From the IMG/VR virus record IMGVR_UViG_3300027653_000028, positions 1-41,143 of that record: DNA of 41,143 nucleotides; one strand, written 5' to 3'. The notes below the pieces were generated by a model that had not been told where the DNA came from, ran no database searches, and worked only from the letters and a program-made list of their open reading frames with translations. This DNA is from a virus (taxonomy: Duplodnaviria; Caudoviricetes). This document shows, piece after piece, positions 26,368-34,436 of the stretch. Both the position numbers and the translations under genes were made by a program. The stretch's first letter is position 1; every line of letters begins with the position of its first letter.

Positions 26368-26636
26368 CTCCTCCTCGGCATCAAGTAAACATCAAACCCG
26401 CAATCGATAAGCTCCCGATCCACGACCATCGACCACAGCTCTCCTGCTGCCAAGTCGATGCATGCTCCCAGCGATACTGACCGCTCGGGCCTGATATCGC
26501 TCTCCAGCCGCTCCACTTCCTCGCCCTTTTGCACCTCTGCCCACAGCGACGCCATCCATCGTGCTCTACCCCGGATGCGGCCCAGGGTTTTGGGCTGGCC
26601 CCGCGTGAAAGTCCAGGTTGCTAGTTTCCTCATCAC
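26364..26636 (-). CDS. Hypothetical protein
   Basis: AAGGAG RBS; fits the tightly packed minus-strand operon. Confidence 0.65.
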   Translation of the reverse strand: MMRKLATWTFTRGQPKTLGRIRGRARWMASLWAEVQKGEEVERLESDIRPERSVSLGACIDLAAGELWSMVVDRELIDCGFDVYLMPRRR

Positions 26637-26663
26637 CGGTCTCCTTTTCGTCCAATGTCGGCC

Positions 26664-26843
26664 CTACCGCCGGCCCCGCTCCCGCTCCTGCATCTCCATC
26701 CTGCTGATCTCCATCCACGTCGGGCGGCGTATAGCGTCCTGCCCCGATGCTGAGTATGGCAGGCGGGTGATTTTCCCCCCTGCGGCCAGGTAGGCCTCCA
26801 CGTCCTTCGAGATCCGCTGCCGGTCCTTTTCTCTATTCTTCAC
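26664..26843 (-). CDS. 59-aa SutA-like RNA polymerase-binding protein (not in ORF track)
   Basis: GGAGG RBS + GTG; REKDRQRISKDVEAYLAAGGKITRL resembles the SutA core helix-GGK-strand motif. Confidence 0.65.
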   Translation of the reverse strand: MKNREKDRQRISKDVEAYLAAGGKITRLPYSASGQDAIRRPTWMEISRMEMQERERGRR

Positions 26844-27060
26844 TGACGTCCTCCATCGCTTTTATCAGTGCTGTGATCAGCCCCGCCACCTCACCGGGGC
26901 TGACCTCGATCAGCGCCTGGTCCTGCTCGATCTCGATCACTGGGGCAGGACCCATCGGCACGGCCCGCACGCGTATTTTCTCGTCCTCGGGCCACTTTTC
27001 GGTATCTACCACGAACCAGTCCCCGCAGCCGGACAACTTGATTCCGTCCCAGTCACTCAT
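26833..27060 (-). CDS. Hypothetical acidic protein
   Basis: GGAGG RBS; overlaps neighbours on both sides. Confidence 0.65.
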   Translation of the reverse strand: MSDWDGIKLSGCGDWFVVDTEKWPEDEKIRVRAVPMGPAPVIEIEQDQALIEVSPGEVAGLITALIKAMEDVSEE

Positions 27061-27145
27061 TGCCATCCCTCCACAGCTCGATAATCAGCCAAAATGCTGT
27101 GGCTGACAGGGCAAACAGGGCGAATACCATCAGGTTTGTCATCAT
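27053..27145 (-). CDS. 30-aa single-TM microprotein
   Basis: GAGG RBS; MMTNLMVFALFALSATAFWLIIELWRDGNE; fills the operon gap. Confidence 0.5.
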   Translation of the reverse strand: MMTNLMVFALFALSATAFWLIIELWRDGNE

Positions 27146-27155
27146 GGCTTCACCC

Positions 27156-27497
27156 TCACAAGCTGCGCAGGCATTGAACGTGCATTTCGTCACGGTACTT
27201 CGCTGCGGCATATCGCTTGCCCTCCGGGCTGGCATGCCTGGGATGCTCATATGCCCGGATGACTAGATCGCGCACGGCCCACCGCGTGTCTCGGTACTGC
27301 TGTGCGCTCACGCTTTCTCGCCACGCTTCGTCGACCACGCTCAGAGCGTGGGACATGTCCATGCCCCCTTGGTGGGCGGACATGATCATGTGCGACGCCT
27401 GGGCCATGACGGCACAGAATTCTTCGTTCAGCTTCTGCCCCGCGGTTGCGGACACGCTTACCGCCAGGGCGGCTGCAATTGCTGCTCTCTTGATCAT
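27156..27497 (-). CDS. Secreted/periplasmic hypothetical protein
   Basis: Sec signal [19 protein letters not shown]; two Cys near the termini; ATGA coupling. Confidence 0.7.
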   Translation of the reverse strand: MIKRAAIAAALAVSVSATAGQKLNEEFCAVMAQASHMIMSAHQGGMDMSHALSVVDEAWRESVSAQQYRDTRWAVRDLVIRAYEHPRHASPEGKRYAAAKYRDEMHVQCLRSL

Positions 27498-27655
27498 TCC
27501 TCGCACCCCCCTCGATATGCCGGCCAGTGCCCCTGCTCCACCATCTCGCAGTAGTGGGCCTGCTCTTGCAGGGCCGCCTCGTAGTCCATGCGGCCAGTGA
27601 CGCCGGCCATGATCATCAGGACTGCGATTGCAGCAGCCCAGGTTAGTCTGTTCAA
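27494..27655 (-). CDS. Small membrane-anchored hypothetical protein
   Basis: TTG start overlapping the upstream stop; TM segment then [29 protein letters not shown]. Confidence 0.6.
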   Translation of the reverse strand: MNRLTWAAAIAVLMIMAGVTGRMDYEAALQEQAHYCEMVEQGHWPAYRGGCEE

Positions 27656-28092
27656 TCCTCTCCCCTCCAGCCCGTCGGTTCCGCTGGCGATACTTCGATG
27701 ATTTTCTGGAGGATGGGCTTCCAGTTTTTCCACCACATGAGACCTCCCTTGCCGTCCATCCTCAATATTTTCTTATCATCGAAACCCCACCAATCCTCTA
27801 TGGGAAACTGCTTGCAGCCAATTTGAAGGGCCTCAGCCGTGTATGCCACGGCATATGTCCCACATTGCAGGCTCTTTATGTGACGGTTGTCGCCGGCGGC
27901 GTCCCACAGGGTTGCACCGCGCAGGTTTGCCCCGCGCAGGTTTGCCCAGCGCAGGTTTGCCCAGCGCAGGTTTGCCCCGCTCAGGTCTGCGCCGCGCAGG
28001 TTTGCCTCGCGCAGGTCTGCCCTCTCCCCTTCTTTCCCTGCCGACTCTAGCCACAGGGAATGCCGCTCAAGTACATCCATGAGATCGATCAT
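27652..28092 (-). CDS. Pentapeptide-repeat protein
   Basis: Eight A(D/N/T)Lxx units ([40 protein letters not shown]) followed by an LQIGC...WW domain. Confidence 0.88.
   Translation of the reverse strand: MIDLMDVLERHSLWLESAGKEGERADLREANLRGADLSGANLRWANLRWANLRGANLRGATLWDAAGDNRHIKSLQCGTYAVAYTAEALQIGCKQFPIEDWWGFDDKKILRMDGKGGLMWWKNWKPILQKIIEVSPAEPTGWRGED
27916..28020. repeat. 15-bp tandem repeats encoding pentapeptide units
   Basis: Seven near-identical GCGCAGGTTTGCCC-type units. Confidence 0.85.
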
Positions 28093-28220
28093 TGCTCCAC
28101 CCCCCAAACTACCCACCAGCTCCCGCCGGCTTTGAACACCTTGGCGTGCCTGACGCGCGCCCCTGAGACGAAATCCTCGGCGGCGTCGCGGCTGCCGAAT
28201 CTGGCGCGCTGGACTGTCAT
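28089..28220 (-). CDS. 43-aa hypothetical protein
   Basis: GGAGG RBS, ATGA coupling at both ends. Confidence 0.6.
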   Translation of the reverse strand: MTVQRARFGSRDAAEDFVSGARVRHAKVFKAGGSWWVVWGVEQ

Positions 28221-28486
28221 GGCGACACCTCCACCCAGCCGGCGTGGCGGAAAACGGCGACCTTCCGGACGCTTCCGTCTGGCTGGGTTTCCTCGATCTC
28301 CTCCGCGCGCGGGGCAGAGCCCTTCTCGCCAAAGATGGCCCGCAGCAGCTTTTCCTCGGGGGTTACTGGGGCCCCGCAGGCGTGGAGCTCCGACAGGGCT
28401 CCATTCTCGCTGTCGTGCCAGCTCAGCACCTGGCCGTTGGCGATGACTTCCCACCGGCCCTCTTCCTCGCAGAAGCCTATGATCAT
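28217..28486 (-). CDS. Hypothetical early protein
   Basis: AAGGAG RBS; first gene after promoter copy 2. Confidence 0.7.
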   Translation of the reverse strand: MIIGFCEEEGRWEVIANGQVLSWHDSENGALSELHACGAPVTPEEKLLRAIFGEKGSAPRAEEIEETQPDGSVRKVAVFRHAGWVEVSP

Positions 28487-28492
28487 GGTGCT

Positions 28493-28555
28493 TCTCCTTT
28501 TTGTCTGCTCCCTAACCTTCAATTACATTATAGTAGCCGCGGGCTACACCGTCAA
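28493..28555 (-). promoter_or_regulatory. Early promoter/operator/leader, copy 2
   Basis: TTGACG-17-TATAAT with the same GTAGCC-CGC-GGCTAC palindrome and leader as 25988-26051. Confidence 0.85.
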
Positions 28556-28583
28556 GCGGTAATCCGAGTTATTTCACCTCTGC

Positions 28584-29498
28584 TCACGCAGCCTCCATCA
28601 CTGCACTGATGATCCGGGACGCTGGCACCGGGCAGACTGCATTGCCCAGCATGTGTACGGACAGGCGGTGCTGCTTCGGCAGCCGGTAGCCCCGAGGGAA
28701 GGTCATCGCATCGCGGACTTCATCCCGGCTGATCATTCGCATGCGGTCGCCATCGATGATCGCCCACCTGTCGCGCGTCGTGATTGTGCCGATGGGCCGG
28801 TCCAGGCTTCTGCCTCCGCGGCTGTTTCCGTAGTAGCTGATCAAGAAGCGCTCCCCGTGCTGCTGCCTGCCCTGCGCCACCCTCTCCAGCGTTGACTGGG
28901 CCCGACCTCGACGGTCGATCTTGCTCCAGCGCCCCTCGCCTAGCCGCAGGAACGACCTGGCTGGGATGTGCGCCTCGGGCTGCAGGTCGAGCATGAGTGG
29001 GGCCCTGCTGCGGGTCAGCACGATGAACAGCCGCACTCGGTTTTGCGGGGCCCCATGATCTGCAGCGTCAATCACATGTGGGCTGACAGCATAGCCGAGT
29101 GACTCCATCGCCATTTTCCACGCTGGGTAGAGTGACCAGCGGGTGAACTCAGGCACATTCTCCACAATGATCGCCCGCGGCCGGTGGAACTCCGCGGCTG
29201 AGACCACTGCCCAGGCGGTCGAGCGGCTGGCATCGTGCTGAGGGTTGCCGATCTCCTTGCCCCGCGCCCGGGAGTGGCCCTGGCAGCAGGGGCTCGCCAA
29301 CATCAGGTCATGTGGGGGCACCTGCTCCCAGTCGGCCTGGTGCAAGTCCTGGGTGACGTGCTCTGCGTCGGGGTGGTTTTTCGCGTGATATCGAACGGCC
29401 TCGGGCCAGTGGTTTGCGGCCCAGACCACCTCGGCCCCGGCCATGGTTGCGCCGGTGCTGAATCCACCAGCGCCAGCAAACAGATCAATTACTCTCAT
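28584..29498 (-). CDS. DNA (cytosine-5) methyltransferase
   Basis: DLFAGAGG (I), SPCCQGHS (IV), ENV (VI), QNRVR (VIII), LGNAV (X). Confidence 0.93.
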   Translation of the reverse strand: MRVIDLFAGAGGFSTGATMAGAEVVWAANHWPEAVRYHAKNHPDAEHVTQDLHQADWEQVPPHDLMLASPCCQGHSRARGKEIGNPQHDASRSTAWAVVSAAEFHRPRAIIVENVPEFTRWSLYPAWKMAMESLGYAVSPHVIDAADHGAPQNRVRLFIVLTRSRAPLMLDLQPEAHIPARSFLRLGEGRWSKIDRRGRAQSTLERVAQGRQQHGERFLISYYGNSRGGRSLDRPIGTITTRDRWAIIDGDRMRMISRDEVRDAMTFPRGYRLPKQHRLSVHMLGNAVCPVPASRIISAVMEAA

Positions 29499-29519
29499 GA
29501 TTCACCCCATCCATATGCC

Positions 29520-29717
29520 TCATTGCTGCCCCCTCCCCGTATCATGGATTGCCCGCTCCAGCAGGCTCATAAGCTCCAGCGCGCCGGCTCGGTCCATCTC
29601 GACGGCGACGTGGCCTCCGCCATGGATTGCTACGACCCGAATAACTCCAGGGTCGGAGTATTCGGACAGGAACATATCCGTCTCATTTCCCAGCCGGATT
29701 GTAATGTCGTGGGTCAT
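29520..29717 (-). CDS. Hypothetical protein
   Basis: AAGGAG RBS, ATGA coupling to the upstream gene. Confidence 0.6.
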   Translation of the reverse strand: MTHDITIRLGNETDMFLSEYSDPGVIRVVAIHGGGHVAVEMDRAGALELMSLLERAIHDTGRGQQ

Positions 29718-30079
29718 TTCCACTCTCCTTTTCGTCTGTCGTTCTCTGATTGCTCTTTGCGTGCCAGGGTGATCTCCAGCAGCGCCAGGACGTTCCAGGC
29801 CTCGTGAGCCAAGTGCAGCAGACCCGACTCCGGGTCGGTGTCTTCCAGCTCTCCTGCCAGCCGGTGCCGGTCCCCGGCATCGCGGTAGCGGGCAAGCGCA
29901 CGGGGCACTGATCTCCACCCGTCTTCGGTGTACTTTGAGGCGCCGTATGTTGCCACTTCTGACACCGCCAGGACGGCCCTGGCGAACCCCCCGAGGACCA
30001 GGGCGGGCCTGACCTTGCCGGCGTCGGCTTTTGCTCCAGGTGTGTTCAGGGGGCGGTTGTGGGGGTCTGACTCGATCAT
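29714..30079 (-). CDS. dATP/dGTP diphosphohydrolase-domain (DUF5664-like) protein
   Basis: GAKADAGK, VATYGASKY...W, DPESGLLHLAHEAWNVLAL. Confidence 0.82.
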   Translation of the reverse strand: MIESDPHNRPLNTPGAKADAGKVRPALVLGGFARAVLAVSEVATYGASKYTEDGWRSVPRALARYRDAGDRHRLAGELEDTDPESGLLHLAHEAWNVLALLEITLARKEQSENDRRKGEWK

Positions 30080-30154
30080 GGGTGTGTGCTGCTCCTCAGG
30101 CATCGAAATCCAAGCATATCCTGATCGCTTTCCAGTGTACAGACAATTTACCAA

Positions 30155-30470
30155 AATGCGGAACAAAAATCGCCGCAGCTCGGTGGAACAATGGGCACCC
30201 CCCCCCTTAGGGGGGGGTGTGCCCTTTTTGTTCCGCTCCGACCTGCCCTGCCCCCCCATCCGTTCCGAGCGCGTTCCAGGGCGTTCCGAATTTTCTGCCA
30301 TTTTTTATAAGTGCATGATTCTAAAGGCGAAAAAGCGGAACAATCCGGAATGTTCCGAAATGTTCCGAGCGTTCCGAGGTGCTGTTTTCAGGCCCCTGGC
30401 GGGGATGCTGCGGAACGCGCGGAACGCGGCGGAACATTTGCGATGTTCCGCTTTTTTCCGCTTGGAATCA
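30155..30470. repeat. Origin-like iteron array A (CGGAAC/GTTCCG) with long hairpin
   Basis: About a dozen CGGAAC/GTTCCG; palindrome around C9-TTA-G8 (30185-30234); IHF-like site 30308-30320. Confidence 0.7.
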
Positions 30471-30546
30471 TACACATATAAAATCGTCATATTTTTGGCG
30501 CTTTTGCGTCTGTACTTTCTAGTGCGTCTAGGATTAAGCTTTATTG

Positions 30547-30613
30547 GCGCCTAGCCGGCGGGTAGCTCCCGCTGGCGAAAACGGGTCACCCGTCCCCGCT
30601 GGCGCACCTTTTT
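30547..30613 (+). promoter_or_regulatory. Structured leader upstream of primase-helicase
   Basis: Outer stem 30547-30555/30598-30605 enclosing two hairpins, then T5. Confidence 0.45.
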
Positions 30614-30639
30614 CTGACGGAGGAGACAAAGGACGGAGC

Positions 30640-32637
30640 ATGGGAAACATCGCAAACCTGTTCGGCGGCGCATATGTGCCGAGGCCGGACGGGACACCAC
30701 CACCCAGGCCGGAGCAGCAGCTTTATGAGGCGCTCTGCGAGCTGGGACAGATCGACATGGCGCCATCTGACATTGTCGCCGATGGCGAAATCCACCGGTT
30801 TCGGATCGATGGAAAGCGAGGGGAAAACGGCTGGTACGTCCTGTATGGGGATGGAGTGCCAGCCGGCGCGTACGGAGATTGGGCTACCGGCCAGACCGGC
30901 GAGTTTGTCGCCGATATGGGGCGCCAGCTCACGAGCCTGGAGCAGATGCGCAACGCCCAGCGGGTAGCCGAGGCCCGTCAGGCAAGGGACAGAGCACGCA
31001 CGGCCAGGTCAAGCGCCGCCATGGAGGTCGCCAGCGCGGTGTGGGAGCAGGCGGAGCCGGCAGGGGATAGACACCCATACCTGGAGTCAAAAGGGATCGG
31101 CGCCAGCAATGCCAGGGTGGGCAGCGATGGCCGCCTGCTAGTGCCGATGCGCGGTATGGATGGGGACCTGGTGAGCCTGCAGTATATTGCAGACGATGGG
31201 TCTAAGCGCTTCCACCGAGGGGCCCCGGCGGGGGATGGGCACTACCGGGCGGGACCGGAGCCTGACGGGCTGGCGTACGTTGTCGAGGGGTTCGCCGATG
31301 CCGAGACTATCCACCAGACGATCGGCGCCACTGCCTACGCCGCGCTATCCGCTGACGCCATCCCCTCCTTGGCGCGCCGGATCCGGGAGCGATACGGAGA
31401 GCTGCTCCAAATTGTAGTGGTAGCGGATAATGACAGCTCGGGAGCCGGCGCCAAGGCTGCCAAGGCTGCGGCCGAGTCGACTGGCAGCCGCACGGTACAC
31501 GTCCCAGACCCTGGTGATATCAATGATTACTACTGCGCCGGCGGTGACGTTGCAGGCCTGCTGCAGCCCGACCCCGAGCCAGGCTTCCTGGTCCATGCGT
31601 CCGAGTTCATCCAGCAGCCGGCGCCGATCCAGTGGTTGATCAAGGGATGGCTGCAGCGTGATGCAATGATGATGCTGTTCGGGCCCTCCGGCGCGGGCAA
31701 GTCGTTCATTGCCATCGACCACGCCTGCCACATTGCCGCAGGCCTGGAGGAGTGGAACGGCTGCCGAGTGCGGGGCGGGCCGGTCATATACCTGGCCGGG
31801 GAGGGCCATCACGGCATGCGGGCCAGGATCGCCGGGTGGATGGATGCGCACGGGAGCCCACCCCTCGACATGTATATTAGCCAGCACGGCGCCGACCTGA
31901 ACACCGCGGCTGGGTATTCCCAGGTGGTCGAGGCAATCGCCGCAACTGGGGCGCAGCCGGTATTGATCATCGTCGATACATTGCACCGCTTCCTGCACGG
32001 CGACGAAAATAGCGCCGAGGACGCCAGGACCATGATCGACGCATGCAATTCGCTCATGCGCCATTTTGGTTGCTCGGTGCAGCTGGTGCACCACACTGGA
32101 GTATCGCCCGAGGCCCAGAAGCGGGGGCGGGGCAGCAGCGCCTGGAAGGGGGCCCTCGATATCGAGCTGTGCGTTGACGGGTCGGTGCTGTCGCAGACTA
32201 AGACCAAGGACAGCGAGCCAGTCGAGGCGCTGAACTACTCGCTGGAGTCGCACCCTGTGCCGGGCTGGGTAGATGAGGACGGAGAGCAGGTTACCACCGC
32301 CTTGGTCCACATCGGGGGGGTGGCGCCAACGGTGGACGATTTGGCGAAGGAAAAGAATGTCATCCTCAGCGCCTGGGAGTTTTCCGGCTGCGACCTATCT
32401 GATAGTGGCCTGCCTTATATCAGCTCCGCCGCCCTGGAGCGCTGGCTATACCATCCCGACGGCGGGGGCCTGTCGACCAGCACTGCTGAGCGCTATGCCA
32501 GGTCAGCCGGGAGCCGGAGGGGTGGGGAGCTGATCAGCACCGGCTACCTGGACCGGTACCGCGATGGGTATGTTGTCCGCTGCGAGGAGTCGCTGACTCA
32601 GTACATGCTGATCCGGCAGGGGCGGGCGGGGAAATAA
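30640..32637 (+). CDS. Primase-helicase (TOPRIM + RepA/AAA_25-like helicase)
   Basis: HPYLESKGI, SLQYI, VEGFADA, VADND, GDIND; Walker A GPSGAGKS, YLAGEG, IIVDTLHR, VHHTG, RGSSA. Confidence 0.9.
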   Translation: MGNIANLFGGAYVPRPDGTPPPRPEQQLYEALCELGQIDMAPSDIVADGEIHRFRIDGKRGENGWYVLYGDGVPAGAYGDWATGQTGEFVADMGRQLTSLEQMRNAQRVAEARQARDRARTARSSAAMEVASAVWEQAEPAGDRHPYLESKGIGASNARVGSDGRLLVPMRGMDGDLVSLQYIADDGSKRFHRGAPAGDGHYRAGPEPDGLAYVVEGFADAETIHQTIGATAYAALSADAIPSLARRIRERYGELLQIVVVADNDSSGAGAKAAKAAAESTGSRTVHVPDPGDINDYYCAGGDVAGLLQPDPEPGFLVHASEFIQQPAPIQWLIKGWLQRDAMMMLFGPSGAGKSFIAIDHACHIAAGLEEWNGCRVRGGPVIYLAGEGHHGMRARIAGWMDAHGSPPLDMYISQHGADLNTAAGYSQVVEAIAATGAQPVLIIVDTLHRFLHGDENSAEDARTMIDACNSLMRHFGCSVQLVHHTGVSPEAQKRGRGSSAWKGALDIELCVDGSVLSQTKTKDSEPVEALNYSLESHPVPGWVDEDGEQVTTALVHIGGVAPTVDDLAKEKNVILSAWEFSGCDLSDSGLPYISSAALERWLYHPDGGGLSTSTAERYARSAGSRRGGELISTGYLDRYRDGYVVRCEESLTQYMLIRQGRAGK

Positions 32638-32653
32638 AGATGCCGCAAAGGTA

Positions 32654-32683
32654 TTTACAATCGTAGGCGATGTGATTTACTAT
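32654..32683 (+). promoter_or_regulatory. Candidate sigma70 promoter for recombination genes
   Basis: TTTACA-18-TACTAT in an AT-rich intergenic gap. Confidence 0.5.
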
Positions 32684-32742
32684 TGTCATTGAGGCCGCCA
32701 AACCAGATTTGCTGACCGAGGCGGCAAAACGAGGGTTAGAAC

Positions 32743-33420
32743 ATGATCCAGTTAAAAAGCACGTCGGACATTGCGTCCGACGGCATGAAGGTGCTCGTCT
32801 ACGGGCAGGCCGGGGCGGGGAAAACCTCGCTGATCCCGACCCTGCCAAGCCCCGTCGTCCTGTCCGCCGAGGGCGGGCTGCTGTCGATCAGCCAGCACAA
32901 CATTCCGTACATCGAAATATCGACACTGGATGATCTGGCAAAGGCGTACCAGTGGCTGACCGGGTCCGAGGAGGCCAGGCAGTTCCAGTCTGTAGCACTG
33001 GACTCCATCAGCGAGGTGGCCGAGGTAGTGCTGGCCCACGAGCTGAGGGCCAACAAGGACGGGCGCGCAGCGTACGGCGAATTGAATCAGAAAATGGGGG
33101 CCATGATCCGCACGTTCCGAGACTTGCCGGGCAAGCACGTGTACTTCAGCGCCAAGCTTGAAAAGGCGCAGGACGAAATGGGAAGGATCCTGTACTCGCC
33201 GTCCATGCCGGGCAAGTCACTGACCCAGCAGCTGCCCTACTTCTTCGACTTTGTGTTCCCGCTGAGAGTCGAAAAGGACCAGGACGGCAATACGCAGCGG
33301 GCAATCATGACAGACAGCGACGGCCTGTGGTTAGCAAAGAGCCGGGGGCAGGGCCTGGCCCCGTGGGAGGCGCCAGACCTTGGCGCCATTATCAGCAAGG
33401 TATCTGGAGGCGAGCAATGA
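32743..33420 (+). CDS. Sak4-like / AAA_24 ATPase recombinase
   Basis: KVLVYGQAGAGKT, SAEGGLLS, VALDSISE; upstream of SSB and exonuclease. Confidence 0.85.
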   Translation: MIQLKSTSDIASDGMKVLVYGQAGAGKTSLIPTLPSPVVLSAEGGLLSISQHNIPYIEISTLDDLAKAYQWLTGSEEARQFQSVALDSISEVAEVVLAHELRANKDGRAAYGELNQKMGAMIRTFRDLPGKHVYFSAKLEKAQDEMGRILYSPSMPGKSLTQQLPYFFDFVFPLRVEKDQDGNTQRAIMTDSDGLWLAKSRGQGLAPWEAPDLGAIISKVSGGEQ

Positions 33421-33821
33421 GCGAAGACATGATTGCCCTGCTGCGTAAGATCGAGTGGGCGCGCTCCGAGGAGAGAAATGCCGCTAACACGCGCCGCAAG
33501 CTGGAGGACCAGCTTGTGCAAATGCTGGAGGTTCCCGAGACCCTGGAGGGCGTCGAGACGATCGACAACGGGGTGGCCGAGATCAAGGTCACCGGCCGGA
33601 TCAACCGGCGTATCGACAGCGACCTGCTGCAGGAGCTGGCGCACGAAGCAGGTGTGTTTGACCACCTGCAGACACTGTTTCGCTGGCGCCCCAGCATCGA
33701 CATGCGGGCGTGGCGGGCAGCGGATCCATCCATCACCGAGCCGCTGATGGCGGCAATCACGGCCAAGCCTGGCCGACCGAGCATCGCAATCAAGTTTACT
33801 GACGACACCGAGGAGAAGTGA
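33417..33821 (+). CDS. Conserved-type phage recombination-module protein
   Basis: GGAGG RBS, ATGA coupling; LFRWRPSID...AITAKPGRPS. Confidence 0.75.
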   Translation: MSEDMIALLRKIEWARSEERNAANTRRKLEDQLVQMLEVPETLEGVETIDNGVAEIKVTGRINRRIDSDLLQELAHEAGVFDHLQTLFRWRPSIDMRAWRAADPSITEPLMAAITAKPGRPSIAIKFTDDTEEK

Positions 33822-33822
33822 A

Positions 33823-34374
33823 ATGATGAACAACAACATGGGCAACCTTGGCCAGGGATTCAGCGTAGACCAGCTCCCGCAGGACGACAGCTTCGACACG
33901 ATTCCCGCGGGCTGGTACAACGCCAAGATCACCGAGAGCGAGTTACGGGACACCCGCGCGGGCACCGGGCAGTACATCCAGGTTCGGTTCGACATCACCG
34001 GGCCTCAGCAGGCCGGACGCGTGATGTTCGACAATCTGAACATCCGCAACCCCAGCGAGGTCGCCGAGCGGATCGGGCTGCAGCAGCTGAACAGCCTGCT
34101 GACCGCCTGTGGGCTGGCGTCTATCACTGACACCAGCCAGCTGATTGGGCATGACGTCCAGATCCAGGTATCGCGCACCGAGGACAGCTCGCAGTACGCC
34201 GATGTGAATGGATTCCGGAATGATGTCAAGGCCTACCGGGCCGTGGGCGGCGGCAGTGCCGCGCCGATGCCACAGCAGCAGCAGGCGCAGCAAATGCAAC
34301 AATCCCCGCAGCAAATGCAACAGCAGGCAGCGCAGCAGCCCGCCCCCCAGCAGACCCCGCCATGGCAGCAGTGA
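33823..34374 (+). CDS. DUF669-like single-stranded DNA-binding protein
   Basis: FDTIPAGWYNAKITESE, GRVMFDNLNI, NDVKAY, Q/P-rich tail ending PPW. Confidence 0.82.
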   Translation: MMNNNMGNLGQGFSVDQLPQDDSFDTIPAGWYNAKITESELRDTRAGTGQYIQVRFDITGPQQAGRVMFDNLNIRNPSEVAERIGLQQLNSLLTACGLASITDTSQLIGHDVQIQVSRTEDSSQYADVNGFRNDVKAYRAVGGGSAAPMPQQQQAQQMQQSPQQMQQQAAQQPAPQQTPPWQQ

Positions 34375-34396
34375 GGGCCTGACCAGGATCGAAACC

Positions 34397-34420
34397 AGGC
34401 CCAGCACTGCTGGGCCTTTT
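34397..34420 (+). terminator. Intrinsic terminator after SSB gene
   Basis: AGGCCCAGCA-C-TGCTGGGCCT palindrome followed by TTT. Confidence 0.7.
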
Positions 34421-34436
34421 CATCTGAGGGGGAGAA

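Noticed and set aside
29714-30079. 2-aminoadenine (Z) genome pathway
   Set aside because: No purZ, datZ or phage DNA polymerase visible
30155-30470. CGGAAC arrays (also 38080-38270) as CRISPR arrays
   Set aside because: Repeats are 6-7 bp, in both orientations, with no 25-40-nt unique spacers
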